Shown here piece after piece: positions 1 to 10,895 of a stretch of DNA of 64,000 nucleotides. Location of the stretch: contig NC_042997.1 of NCBI RefSeq assembly GCF_006345805.1, forward strand, positions 154,442,001 to 154,506,000. Direction: 5' to 3'. Made by a program: the position numbers and the translations under genes. The number at the start of each line of letters is the position of its first letter. Position 1 is the stretch's first letter. This stretch comes from Octopus sinensis. Lineage: Eukaryota. Under the pieces are notes generated by a model. That model searched no databases. It had not been told where the DNA came from and worked only from the letters and a program-made list of their open reading frames with translations.

Positions 1-214
1 AAAGTACTGAGTGACACTCGAAATTTACACATCAGTAGTGATATTGGCTGCGTTCACCTGAAATGAGGACAATGAGACATCTTTTGAATGTCGCATCATA
101 TCCTTCTGGCAGTTTCTATTAAACTACCAAGCATTGAGCTGCATCCGTAAAGTAAAAAATGCTTACATGAAACAAACAGTAACATGAGAGTTGGAAAGGA
201 GCCCTCGTATATAA

Positions 215-324
215 TTCCTGATCGGTGTCTTTTGCCAAGCCGCTAAGTTACGGGGACGTAAACACACCAGCATCGGTTGTCAAGCGATGTTGGGGGGGGG
301 GACAAATACAGAACATATACGTAT

Positions 325-365
<41 letters not shown>

Positions 366-531
366 CACATATATACCACGGGATTCTTTCAGTTTCCGGC
401 TACCAAATCCACTCACAAGGCTTTGGTCGGCCCGAGGCTATAGTAGAAGACACTTGCCCAAGGTTCCATGCAGTGGGACTGAACTCGGAACCATGTGGTT
501 CGTAAGCAAGCTACTTACCACACAGCCAATA
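215..531 (-). mobile_element. tRNA-derived SINE family A, partial
   Basis: Reverse complement of the 50716 copy: head (GGCTGTGTGGTAAG...GGTTCCGAGTTCAGTCCC), GGGCAAGTGTCTTC core-like segment, internal (TA)/(TG)n. Confidence 0.85.
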
Positions 532-769
532 CATACGCACATTAAATTCATATTACTCATTATAGATGATTATATGTTTTGCGTGGTATAAAATTTTCAA
601 ACGAATGAAAATTTGTTGTAGCTGATAGAGCTTACAGTTTAAATGGATGAACCATTAAAAGCGATGCTACTTCAAATATAAGCATAAAGTATATTTTGTA
701 AAGAATGGGAAAAGGGAATATAAGGAGTAAGAAGAGTGTGGTTAGACAGTGTCGGAAGAAGAAAAAGAA

Positions 770-813
<44 letters not shown>

Positions 814-935
814 ATGTGTCTCTGTGTCTGTGTTTGTCTCCTCACCACTGCTTGACAACCGGTGTTGGTGTGTTTGTATCCCTGTAATCTAGCGGTTCGG
901 CACAAGAGACCGATAGAAAAAATACCGGGCTTAAG
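770..935 (+). mobile_element. SINE family A 3' half
   Basis: (GT)n followed by CACTGCTTGACAACCGGTGTTGGTGTGTTT...GCGGTTCGGCA..GAGACCGATAG, matching other copies in the window. Confidence 0.8.
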
Positions 936-2926
936 TGCTGGAGAAAAAGGGTAGAGCAGTGCTATGCGGATCCCCGAAAACGATGATCAGGTTAAAAAGA
1001 TGGTCGCACTTGCGGTGGGTGCGAGTACCAAGATCACTTCCAAGGGCCACATATTTAAGTTTAATAACGATATATACGCCCGAGAGGAAGGTGCTGCTAT
1101 CGGTATCAGTATCACTGGCGATGTGGCTAACCTATTTATGTGCATGGTGGGATAGGAGACTCAAAGAAAAATTAGCAGAGAACTCCATAGCCCTAACCAT
1201 ATACTCCCGCTATGATATCAACATAGTAGCCAAAGCACCTCTGCATGACAATGTTGATGATCTAGAAGCTAACACTATGGAGAGCATGCAGCAAATAGCT
1301 AACTCCATCACCCAGAGTATCAAAGTAAATATAGACTATCCTAACAGACACATTAATTATAGACTACCAGCTTTAGACACAGAACTAAGCTTAGAAACCA
1401 AGAACAATAAGGTCCAGATTCTCCACTCCCATTATGCTAAGCCCATGGCCTCTAAATACCTTTTCCATAAGAACGCAGCCATGGCGGACAACGCCAAGTT
1501 CAATATTCTTATAGCTGACTTGGTGAGAGTGATGAGGAATGTGTCTCGCATGTGCGACCCTATGGAAGTGGAAAGACACATACAACACTTCATCCGCTGT
1601 ATGCAGTTATCCGGCTACAACCAAAGAGACAAGATTGGAGTGTATAAAGGAGCCAGGGTCAAGTACAAAGCCATTACAGAAAGTGATGCAAATGGAATCT
1701 CCCCGCTATACAGGAGTAAATCCTGGAACAGCAAAGACAGGACCAGAAAAAAGATAGATAAGGCCAACTCATGGTATAACAACAAAAATACCAGAGTGTC
1801 ATGTTCGTTGATGATACCCCAGGCGGCGAACTAGCATACCTTTTTAGAAAAAAACATTTGATAAGGCCAGTCTACGGATTAAAGTAGTAGCAAGGCCTGG
1901 TGCCCCTATAAAATCCCTGATCTGTAGAACTTATCCCATGTACGGAGAACAATTGGATTGTATGTAGGATGAACCCACAGGTTAACTGTAAGGTTAGAAA
2001 TATAGTGTATAGCTTACGTTATACTGAGGGACGGTGCAGAAGCATGACAACTACTTACATTGGAGAGACAGCATGCTATACAAGAGAGCGTATAGGTGAA
2101 CACTGGCGAGAGCTCAAAGAGAAAGGCTCCTCAGTGCTCTACCAGCATGCTCAAGCAGAACATAAAGACTCAGTCAATAGCAAAGAGGTCAAAGCATTAT
2201 CAACGCTTAGAACTGACACGACACTTAGACAGATCACAGAGGCTACACACATAGCATTAGACAGACCGAGCCTCAACAGAAAACACGAATGGAAAATAAC
2301 ACCCATCACCACACCACACAACATGACGACTAAAGATTAAGACTGAAGGTTGAAAAGAAAAAAAAACAGATACAAACAGTCTAATACACATCCAATAGAC
2401 ATATATACACATATATACATATAGACATATATACACACACCTATGATAACTGTATGAAGGGCACAGATACAAACAGCATAAGAAGCGAGCGGACCCATAT
2501 AAACAAACAAACACACAGTCACAGACGGCCGCATTTATATCAATAACAACAACACGATGGCAGCAGCATGGGCGAACACACAAACACAGTGAGTTACACG
2601 AACGGTACATAAAGTAGTGTTCAAGGGCAGCACCAGCGGCTACGGGGTAGCGGATGGGGCTGAGGGGAGGGGCTGAGTGCTACTAAGAACAATGACACAC
2701 GCGCGAGCACAAACACACATGCACAGACGCATGTGCATAAAAGGAGATACATCATAGAAGAACAGAATAGAATAAGCAGAGCAAGAGCACATACGAAGAC
2801 GGAAAATGCCGCTGAAGAGGTCACAAATGTGTGACGAAAGATTTCTGGTCATTGTAATAAACGAGTGAAGAACGAATATACAGTGCGTGTGTTTATTTGG
2901 CAAAAAAATGACCGTCCCGAAATACA

Positions 2927-2930
<4 letters not shown>
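935..2930 (+). mobile_element. 5'-truncated, degenerate Penelope-like element (RT C-terminal half, Cys linker, GIY-YIG endonuclease, 3' terminal repeat); Neptune-like
   Basis: RT motif GHIFKFNNDIY..EGAAIGISITGDVANLFM; corrupted catalytic motif (SRYDINI in place of RYxDD); thumb region HYAKPMASKYLFH..AMADNAK..LVRVMRNVS; PCTENNWIVC...NC linker; NIVYSL...TTYIGET...RIGEH GIY-YIG. Several frameshifts. It abuts a SINE tail at ~935 and ends in (TA)n at ~2930. Confidence 0.88.
2805..2853 (+). ncRNA. Minimal type I hammerhead ribozyme in the PLE 3' terminal repeat
   Basis: Stem I AATGCCG/TGG(T)CATT, core CTGAAGA (2812-2818), stem II GTCAC/GTGAC, GAAA (2836-2839), 2-bp stem III, UUC triplet ending 2845, AATAAA at 2856-2861. 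Confidence 0.75.
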
Positions 2931-2977
<47 letters not shown>

Positions 2978-2981
<4 letters not shown>

Positions 2982-3180
2982 TTAATCCAAACGTGAAAAC
3001 ACAAAGAGAAAACACAACAACGCGAGGACGTGGAACAAGACGCTCAAGAAAGGAAAGTAAGAAGGAGGACTTAACGTTTCGAGCGGAGCTCTTCGTCAGA
3101 AACATAGGAAAAGGAAAGATCCAAGGAAGGGAAGACGGAGGGCAAAAAATCGCCAACGATACACACGCAGTCACATTTTG
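2978..3180 (-). mobile_element. Short PLE-type terminal-repeat element with a second minimal hammerhead (core 3069-3103)
   Basis: Minus strand reads CTGACGA-A-GAGC-TCC-GCTC-GAAA-CGTT: a full core, a 4-bp stem II and a palindromic ACGT stem III. Bounded by TA tracts. Confidence 0.6.
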
Positions 3181-3184
3181 AATA

Positions 3185-3340
3185 TATATATACAACGGGC
3201 TTTCAGTTTCCGTCTACCAAATCTACTCACAAGCTTTAGTCAAGGCTATAGTAGAAGACACTTGCTGATGGTGCCACGCAGTGGAACCGAACCCAGAATT
3301 ATGTGGTTGGGAAGCAAGCTTCCTACCACACAGCCACACC
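3185..3340 (-). mobile_element. SINE family A 5' half
   Basis: GGGCTTTCAGTTTCCGTCTACCAAAT...CCACACAGCCAC matches the family head in reverse. Confidence 0.8.
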
Positions 3341-4271
3341 TCTACAGTGGGAGAAATAAGAGTTTTAGGTAGACAGGGAGGTAGTGATATGAATAAGATA
3401 GGGGGAAAGATTTAGACAGTGTCTTATTTTCCTCTATAAATCAAGTGAGAGAGTGAAGGCAGAGAGAGAAGAGACAGAGATATATAAATTTGACTTCTAT
3501 GCAAAGTGAACGGGAATACATAAATTGAATAGTGAAATTAAATAGTGTTAATTCTGGTAAATGGATCTATAATCAACAATTTATAAATCTAATTATAATT
3601 AAAGGAATAAATAAAAATATGAAAATCAACGCTTCCGAGATGTAGTAGATGTCAAGAAGAAATTTAGATTGGTTACAACAGCAACAGACATTAAATCACC
3701 AATATTGCAGGTCAGCAATCTCAAAAGTAACGTAGGAGGGTAAAGGAGAAGAGTAAGAAGAACTAGGGAAAAAGTAGAAGTAGAGGGAGGAGGGAGGAGG
3801 AGGAGGAGGAGAAGAAGAAGAAGAAGGAAGAGGAGGAGGGGGAGGAGGAGGAGAAGAAGAAGTGGATAGAGGAGAAGAAGAGAAGGGATGGGGCGAAAGG
3901 TAGAAAAGCTACAAATATATATAAATGCATGTAAAATATAAATAGTGCAAGTTAAACGAAAGGCAGTGAAAGTTCTTTTTATAAATGGAAATTAAGCAAA
4001 TGTGAGCTGCAGGTTTAATGATAAGATTAAAGATAAACTAACTACAACTACTTGGTGCTGTACTAACCAACCTATAGTTTTTCTTGACATCTAGAAGTAT
4101 AAGATTTCCACCTCTACTTGTTTATGCATACGTTTAGCTTCACTTAAAACTTTATCGTTAATTATATTTATAGCGTGACACTTTGGTCGAAGCTGAAGAG
4201 CCCTTGTCGGTTGAATGTCTGTGTTTGAGTTCAATCTTCAGTGAAATGCACTGCCGCTGTGTGTTTCTTAA

Positions 4272-4965
4272 AGGCGGCAAGCTGGTAGAAACGTTAGCAC
4301 GCCGGGCGAAATGCGTGGCGGTATTTCGTCTGCTGTTACGTTCTGAGTTCAAATTCTGCCGAGGTCGACTTTGCCTTTCATCCTTTCGGGGTCGATAAAT
4401 TAAGTACCAGTTACGCACTGGGGTTGATGTAATCGACTTAATCCGTCTGTCTGTCCTTGTTTGTCTCCTCTGTGTTTAGCCCCTTGTGGGTAGTAAAGAA
4501 ATAGGTATTTCGTCTGTCTTTATGTTCTGAGTTCAAATTTCGCCGAGGTCGACTTTGCCTTTCATCCTTTCGGGGTCGATAAATTAAGTACCAGTTACGC
4601 ACTGGGGTTGATGTAATCGACTTAATCCGTCTGTCTGTCCTTGTTTGTCTCCTCTGTGTTTAGCCCCTTGTGGGTAGTAAAGAAATAGGTATTTCGTTTG
4701 TCTTTATGTTCTGGGTTCAAATTTCGCCGAGGTCGACTTTGCCTTTCATCCTTTCGGGGTCGATAAATTAAGCACCATTTATGCACTGGGGTCGATATAA
4801 TCGACTTAATCCATCTGTCTGTCCTTGTTTGTCTCCTCTGTGTTTAGCCCCTTGTGGGTAGTAAAGAAATAGGTATTTAGTTTGTCTTTATGTTCTGGGT
4901 TCAAATTCCGCCGAGGTCGACTTTGCTTTTCATCCTTTCGAGATCGATAAATTAAGTACCAGTTC
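4272..4965 (+). mobile_element. tRNA-derived SINE family B with ~3.5 tandem 184-bp body units
   Basis: Head GGCGGCAAGCTGGTAGAAACGTTAGCACGCCGGGCG; units start at 4321, 4505, 4689 and 4873, each with the B-box-like GAGTTCAAATT and GTCGACTTTGCCTTTCATCCTTTCGGGGTCGATAAA. Confidence 0.88.
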
Positions 4966-5137
4966 GTTTCATCTATAGTTTCCCATATACTTTGACTCTT
5001 TTCTTTACTCACTGTACTAAACATATGTATACCTTTGTTTTTCTCCGCTCACAACACTCTCTCTACTCTTTATATTCTCATCTCCCACTAGGTTAAGATT
5101 ATTTTATCTTATTCTAATCATTTTAATTTATATAGTA

Positions 5138-5538
5138 ACTAGCAGTATCGCCCGGCGTTGCTCGGGTTTGTAAGGGAAATAACTATATAAGCATTTTTAG
5201 AGAGTTATAGCAAAAAAAAATAGCAAAAAAATGCATTAAAAATGGAAAAAAAAATGATGGTAAATTTGTTTTAAATCGTTGACTCATCGTAGACATTTTT
5301 AGAGAGTTACTTCCCTTATATAATAGCGAAAAAATGCATTAAAATGGAAAAAAATGATGGTAATTTTTTTTTTAATCGTAGACTCATCGTAGACGCGCGC
5401 TAATACCCAGAAGGGCTCGATATGAATCACGACTATAAGATACCCGGTTTTGGTTAAACTGCACCGCGAAATGTGGGAGTAGTTAGGAATCTAAATCGTA
5501 GGAGACAGACACACAACTTCACTTTCATATATAAAGAT
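5138..5538 (+). mobile_element. Non-autonomous Helitron-like element (Lep1-type architecture)
   Basis: 5' ACTAGCAGTATCGCCCGGCGTTGCTCGGG, internal ~105-bp tandem duplication, 3' AGACAGACACACAACTTCACTTTCATATATAAAGAT. Classification rests on remembered terminal motifs. Confidence 0.6.
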
Positions 5539-5773
5539 ATAATTCTCGATGTCCAACATCGTCTTGAGTCCTTTTGTTAGGAGTGACATCTGTTCATAAA
5601 TAGCTATTGAAGCATATACACATATGCAGCTATCTTCTTCACATTCCAAAGAAGGAGCTTTATTTTGGGATTGGAAACCGAGTTTTGTTGATAGGTGAAA
5701 AATTTTAAAAGCAAAACCGTATATACACATACATATATACACATACATGCATACATACATACATACATACATG

Positions 5774-5825
<52 letters not shown>

Positions 5826-6595
5826 TTTACATATATGCACATGCATATGTGTGTATGTGTGTTTATGCATGCGTGTGTGTGCGTGTATCGGTTGGGGTGC
5901 ATGTGTGTGTAAGTACATGTATATCGAGTTAGTATCTAAGCACTTCAATTATATTCACTGAATTTAAAAGTTCAAATATCAACACTAGTATTTAATTACA
6001 ATGCAGTAGCCATTAGTGGAACGGAATGAGTTGGCGTATGTATAAATTGGCTAAAACAAATGTCGAAAGTAACTTATTTAGACTAGTTAAAAAGCAACGG
6101 TTTTACAGATGTTTTAATTTCTGCATCTGTTTCATAATCTTCCATATAATTAATATATAAAAGTACATCATGAATTCATTTAGACATGCCAGATAAACAG
6201 TTTCATCAGGAAATAAAATTGAGATATGAAAATCAAAGCACCGCTGTTGTTTTTGATATGACATAAGCGAGACAGAGTGAAGCAAAAGAGTGATAAAATA
6301 AAACAGCAATTGTATTTTTATTTTCATATTTGAATTCCATTTCCTGACGGAACGGTTTATCCATCGCAATTAAATAAATTAATTACGTGTTTTTATATGT
6401 TATTTAAGTAATTATACGGATGGTGATTCTCGTATTCTAATCGCTGAAGCAGCTGTAGAAGCATTTCTGAAACCTGCTTTTTTACTAATATGCATACATG
6501 CACACATACAGGCATGTGTGTGTTTAAGTTCGTGTGTTTGTGGGTGTGTGTGTCTTTGTGCGTGTGGGTGTGTCTTTGTGCGTGTGTATGTATGA

Positions 6596-6635
<40 letters not shown>

Positions 6636-9600
6636 TGTGTGTGTGAATAGCATTCGACACGTTTTGTAGGGTTTATATTTATTTGTATGAAGAATATGCC
6701 CAGATTCAAACCATCAAAAGTTTCATAGATGTGAAAGTAAAATTGCATGTCGTTTGGTGGCTTGATTCTATTCAGAGCTGTTAGACAGCTGTTAGATAGG
6801 GTCAGTTGTCCTGGATAAGAATTATGGCTCGTACTCGTTGACTAGCTTTGGTCATGCGGTGAAGCTAGTAACTGTCAAATGATGTCAAATAACTACCGAA
6901 TGCTGGTTAGATTTGATACTGGCTAGCAGGAGGATCAGTGACTAGTGACTGATGGACAGTGTTCTGACTAATGATTACAGTATCAGGTGCAAAGTTGAGG
7001 ATTGTAGAAAAAACTATAAAGTACCAGCGGCAAAGGTTGATAACTTGAAATTAGCTCCGTTATTGACAGCAGGAAAACAGACCGTACCTCGTATAAAGGT
7101 TAACTGTAGGCAGTTGATACATGTAGAATAAGACTTTATGAGATAGTATTAACAGCTTGTGATTTAAAATCAGTCAATAGGGACATTGATTGTGGTAACA
7201 GAATAACAGCTCAGTTTTCTTGTTATGTGATACATCGAGTTGCTGCAATATGTGCAATTTTTCGCGCACACGAGAGTAATTGCAATATATTCTGGGTGAT
7301 TAGTAGGGTACTTTGCTTAGAATGCGCAGAAAAAAATTACCGAGTTTATTTCGCCATAAAATTCTTTACAAAGATAACCAGGAACTTCAAATGCACAATT
7401 AGGCAACACTTCCCAAGCACACACAAATATAATGTTTTTATTGCGCATAATTTTAAGATGAGCTACTCTTTCATCGGCAATGTTACACTCAATATTGCTC
7501 ACCACAACAGGAAAAACATATACCTATGCAGATGTTACACTAAGCACCCACATGAAATTGCTGAAATTAAACCACCTGCTTATTGGTAGAGTTCTGACTA
7601 ACGAGTAGAGGGCTATAGGACGACTCTCTCTACATACGATACTGTTCCAGGACTTAAAGCTATTGAGTTCAAGGGAAAATTTACCCAATACATGCATTCA
7701 ATCAAAGACTAAGAAAACATTGCTTACCTGACTTGTTTTATCCAGTGACTGCGGGACCAAAGAATCGTTCAATAACGTGGTCCATCCTCCACAACACACA
7801 CCTTATTCTCTTGGGACAAACAGTTGTCACTTTTGTTTCAGCAAAAAATTGTACATGTTGCTACAACAGATGTATCCCTTAACAAGAAAGCTAAATCACC
7901 ATTCTGTGACTAAAAGCAGGTCCCCTTACATGCTAACCACGAGCTGTTTATATCATCGCATAAATTATTGCCATATACATGTCAATAGCTCGTAACTTTC
8001 TCTACACTAGATATGAACTATACGAAGACTGAAACTATTTCCAAGTTATTAACCTTTACTTATACCTGCATAAATAGTTTATAATCCACCACAAATTTAC
8101 TTCAAATACTGAAAATATGTCAATAGATCAAGAGAGGCTACTTCTGAACATCGTCAATTAGTCGCCTGCCACTGATCCTATTATCATCCACTGGTTAGTA
8201 GCAGCCACTATCTACTAGCAGCCAACATCTGCCAACTCTATCACGTTATCTGGATAAGCCAATGTAAACAAGCCTTATTCAGCATCCAATGATAGCTAAC
8301 ACTATCTAGAAATTGTGAAAGTCTTATTACTCAGAAGTAGGCCTTTGAATGATCAAATGATCAGGAGTTTTAGTCTCACTTCCGTGAAGCTTTAATTAAT
8401 GCAGTTCTAAGTCCAATAGACACACAGAGTTTTCGTGATTATCTTTATAAATTGTAAGTAAATGATAAGGAATTTATATAGGCAATTCTATACATTGTCG
8501 ATACTTTCCTTAGGAAGGTAAATATATAGGCACATAGATAAATACTGAGAAAGGAGAGAGATAGGAAGAGAAGCATTAGGAGTTATCGGGAGTTATTCAA
8601 TAAATTATATATTTCCTATTTCACTGCTATTCTTTCTCCCGAAAAAGATGTATCAAAATTAAGAAATCCATATATAAACTTATAAAGAGTAAAACAGAAA
8701 AATCGATAGACTAAATGCATTTCCGTATTCTGTAATGTCTTTTTACTTAGCTTGTTCAAATACCACCGGTTTCAACTTTGCATTTCGTTCTTCTCGAGGT
8801 GATTTAAATTGATTGTACCTCATTCTCTCAAAATTCTCTCACCTCGCACCATACATGATTCTCTTAGACTGTGAGTTTAATTTCTCTCAAAGCTGACTTT
8901 TTGCTTCGTCGCTGTATCGAAAACTCAAGTACCAGGTAAATATTAAGGTCCAATCAATAAATTACACCTACCACTGCAAAGTAGAATCAATCTTATGTAA
9001 GTGTATGTTGGTATATGTTGTTCTTTAACCCTAACTCAGACTTGGCTGAATATATGCCATATGCATATGATCAAAAGCATGCGCAAAGGCTACGAAACTG
9101 CGGTACTACTATTTCCTCGACTCTTTTATGTACAGGGACTTGTGTACAATAATTTTCGCGTCGAGGATCTAACATTTTTGAACTAGCTAAGTAAAATTGC
9201 AGGAGGATTACTGCATGAATTACATTCATTGCTTTTATACAAGAAAAGGATGCAAAATCCAACATCGAAAATGAAAAGTCCAACAGGTATTTATATTCTA
9301 TTCATATCAATGAGAAGTCCTTGGAGTTAAACAAAATGTGAACTTTTAGAGAATCTATACATTGTTTGCTTGTGCGACTTAGCAGACATTATCTGTTAAT
9401 GTTACAGTATACTTTCTTTTTCTACTGTTCCTTCTACTGTTGTCTTCAATATCCAGTCTTGCAACATAGGTCTGTCTATTGCTATTAATTTTTATTAGTG
9501 TCATTATTACTGTTAATATGAAGTGTAAAAAGAAGAGAACAAAATAACGAATTGCCTGAATGACCATTGAAGTTCGTAGCTGAATATCTTTAGCAAGTCG

Positions 9601-9767
9601 GAAATTATTTGACAGTGTATGTAGTGGTGTGGGCATATTGATGGCATTTCTCTGATCAAACCGTTCTTTAAAACGAAAATCTAGTGTTCATAAGTTTCCA
9701 AATACATACATGCATGCATGCATACATACATGCGTACGTACAAACATACTTGCATACATGTAAACAT

Positions 9768-9832
<65 letters not shown>

Positions 9833-10026
9833 CACACTCCAGTAACAGTCATACAATTTCTCACGTAAATATGACGTAAAAAAAGAAATTGCGATTTATC
9901 TGCTGAACGTACAAATTCCCAGCATAAAATATATTGAACATTGCAAGTATATGTATGTGTGTGTGTGAGTGAGTGTGTGTGTGTGTGTGTGTGCGCGTGT
10001 GTGTGTGTGTGTGTTGTTAACTAAGA

Positions 10027-10193
10027 ATGACTTTAGTTGCTAGACTTTAATTAAATTTAATTAATAAGTGTATGATTCTTGTTGCTAGTGTTTAATTAAC
10101 TTAATTAAAATATATATGATTTTAGTTGCTAGAACTTAATTAAACGTAATTAATGTATGTATGTATGACTCTAGTTACTAAGGCTTAATTAAC
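10027..10193. repeat. ~45-bp minisatellite, 4 units, TTAATTAA-rich
   Basis: Units start at 10027, 10072, 10116 and 10165 with consensus ATGAYTYTAGTTGCTAG..TTAATTAA..TTAATTAA. Confidence 0.8.
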
Positions 10194-10399
10194 ATTGTAA
10201 TAAATATTGTAATAAAAGACGCTAATAGAAATGAGATACATGCGTTTTTTTGTATTTAGCTGTGGGCAGATACATGTACGTAAGGCCAGCGACCCGGTGA
10301 GTGGATATTTTGTATTGTGTTTTTTGATTTGTCACTTTTGGTCAATTCACAGTACTATGTCAAGGTATGGTTTTATAAATTTTATTTTTATTTAATTTT

Positions 10400-10895
10400 T
10401 TTATTTTATCTAGTTTCAGCTCACGAGCTGTGGCCATGCTGGGACACCGCCATTCTAAATGACAGATTGCATCGGCCGGGAAACACTTTTACGAAAGAAT
10501 AAGCAAAAGGCGAATTATTTTCTTCTATATTTTTACTTGTTTCAGTCATTGGGTAGCGGCAATGCTGGGGCACTGCCTTGAAAGGTTTTAGTCAAAGAGG
10601 TCGAACCATTTAATTATTTTTTATAAGTCTGGCACTTGTTCTATCGGTCTATTCTGCCGAGCAGCTAAGTTACGGATACGTCAACAAACCAACACCGGTT
10701 GCCAATAGGTGGAGGGGCGGAAAAACACGCACACACACGCACACAGAGAAACACATATATAGAATATAAGTACAACGGGCTTCCACACAGTTTCTGCGTA
10801 TTGAATTCACTGACATGGTAGTGATCGGCTCGGGGCTTAGTAGAAGACACTTGCCCAAAGGGTATCGCAGTGGGACTGAACCTGAAAATACATAA
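10400..10895 (-). mobile_element. SINE family A, diverged, with a duplicated 3' tail
   Basis: Two GTTTCAG...GGCCATGCTGGG-like tails followed by GCCGAGCAGCTAAGTTACGG and the head remnant GAAGACACTTGCCCAAAGG...GGGACTGAACC. Confidence 0.75.

Noticed and set aside
4321-4965. Regular repeats resembling a CRISPR array or satellite
   Set aside because: Units are full 184-bp SINE bodies with no unique spacers, and the context is eukaryotic with no cas genes.
7227-7589. Possible APE-endonuclease remnant (ERVAHLKIMRNKNIIFVC) or a 120-aa ORF
   Set aside because: No catalytic motifs on either side; the similarity is too short to support.
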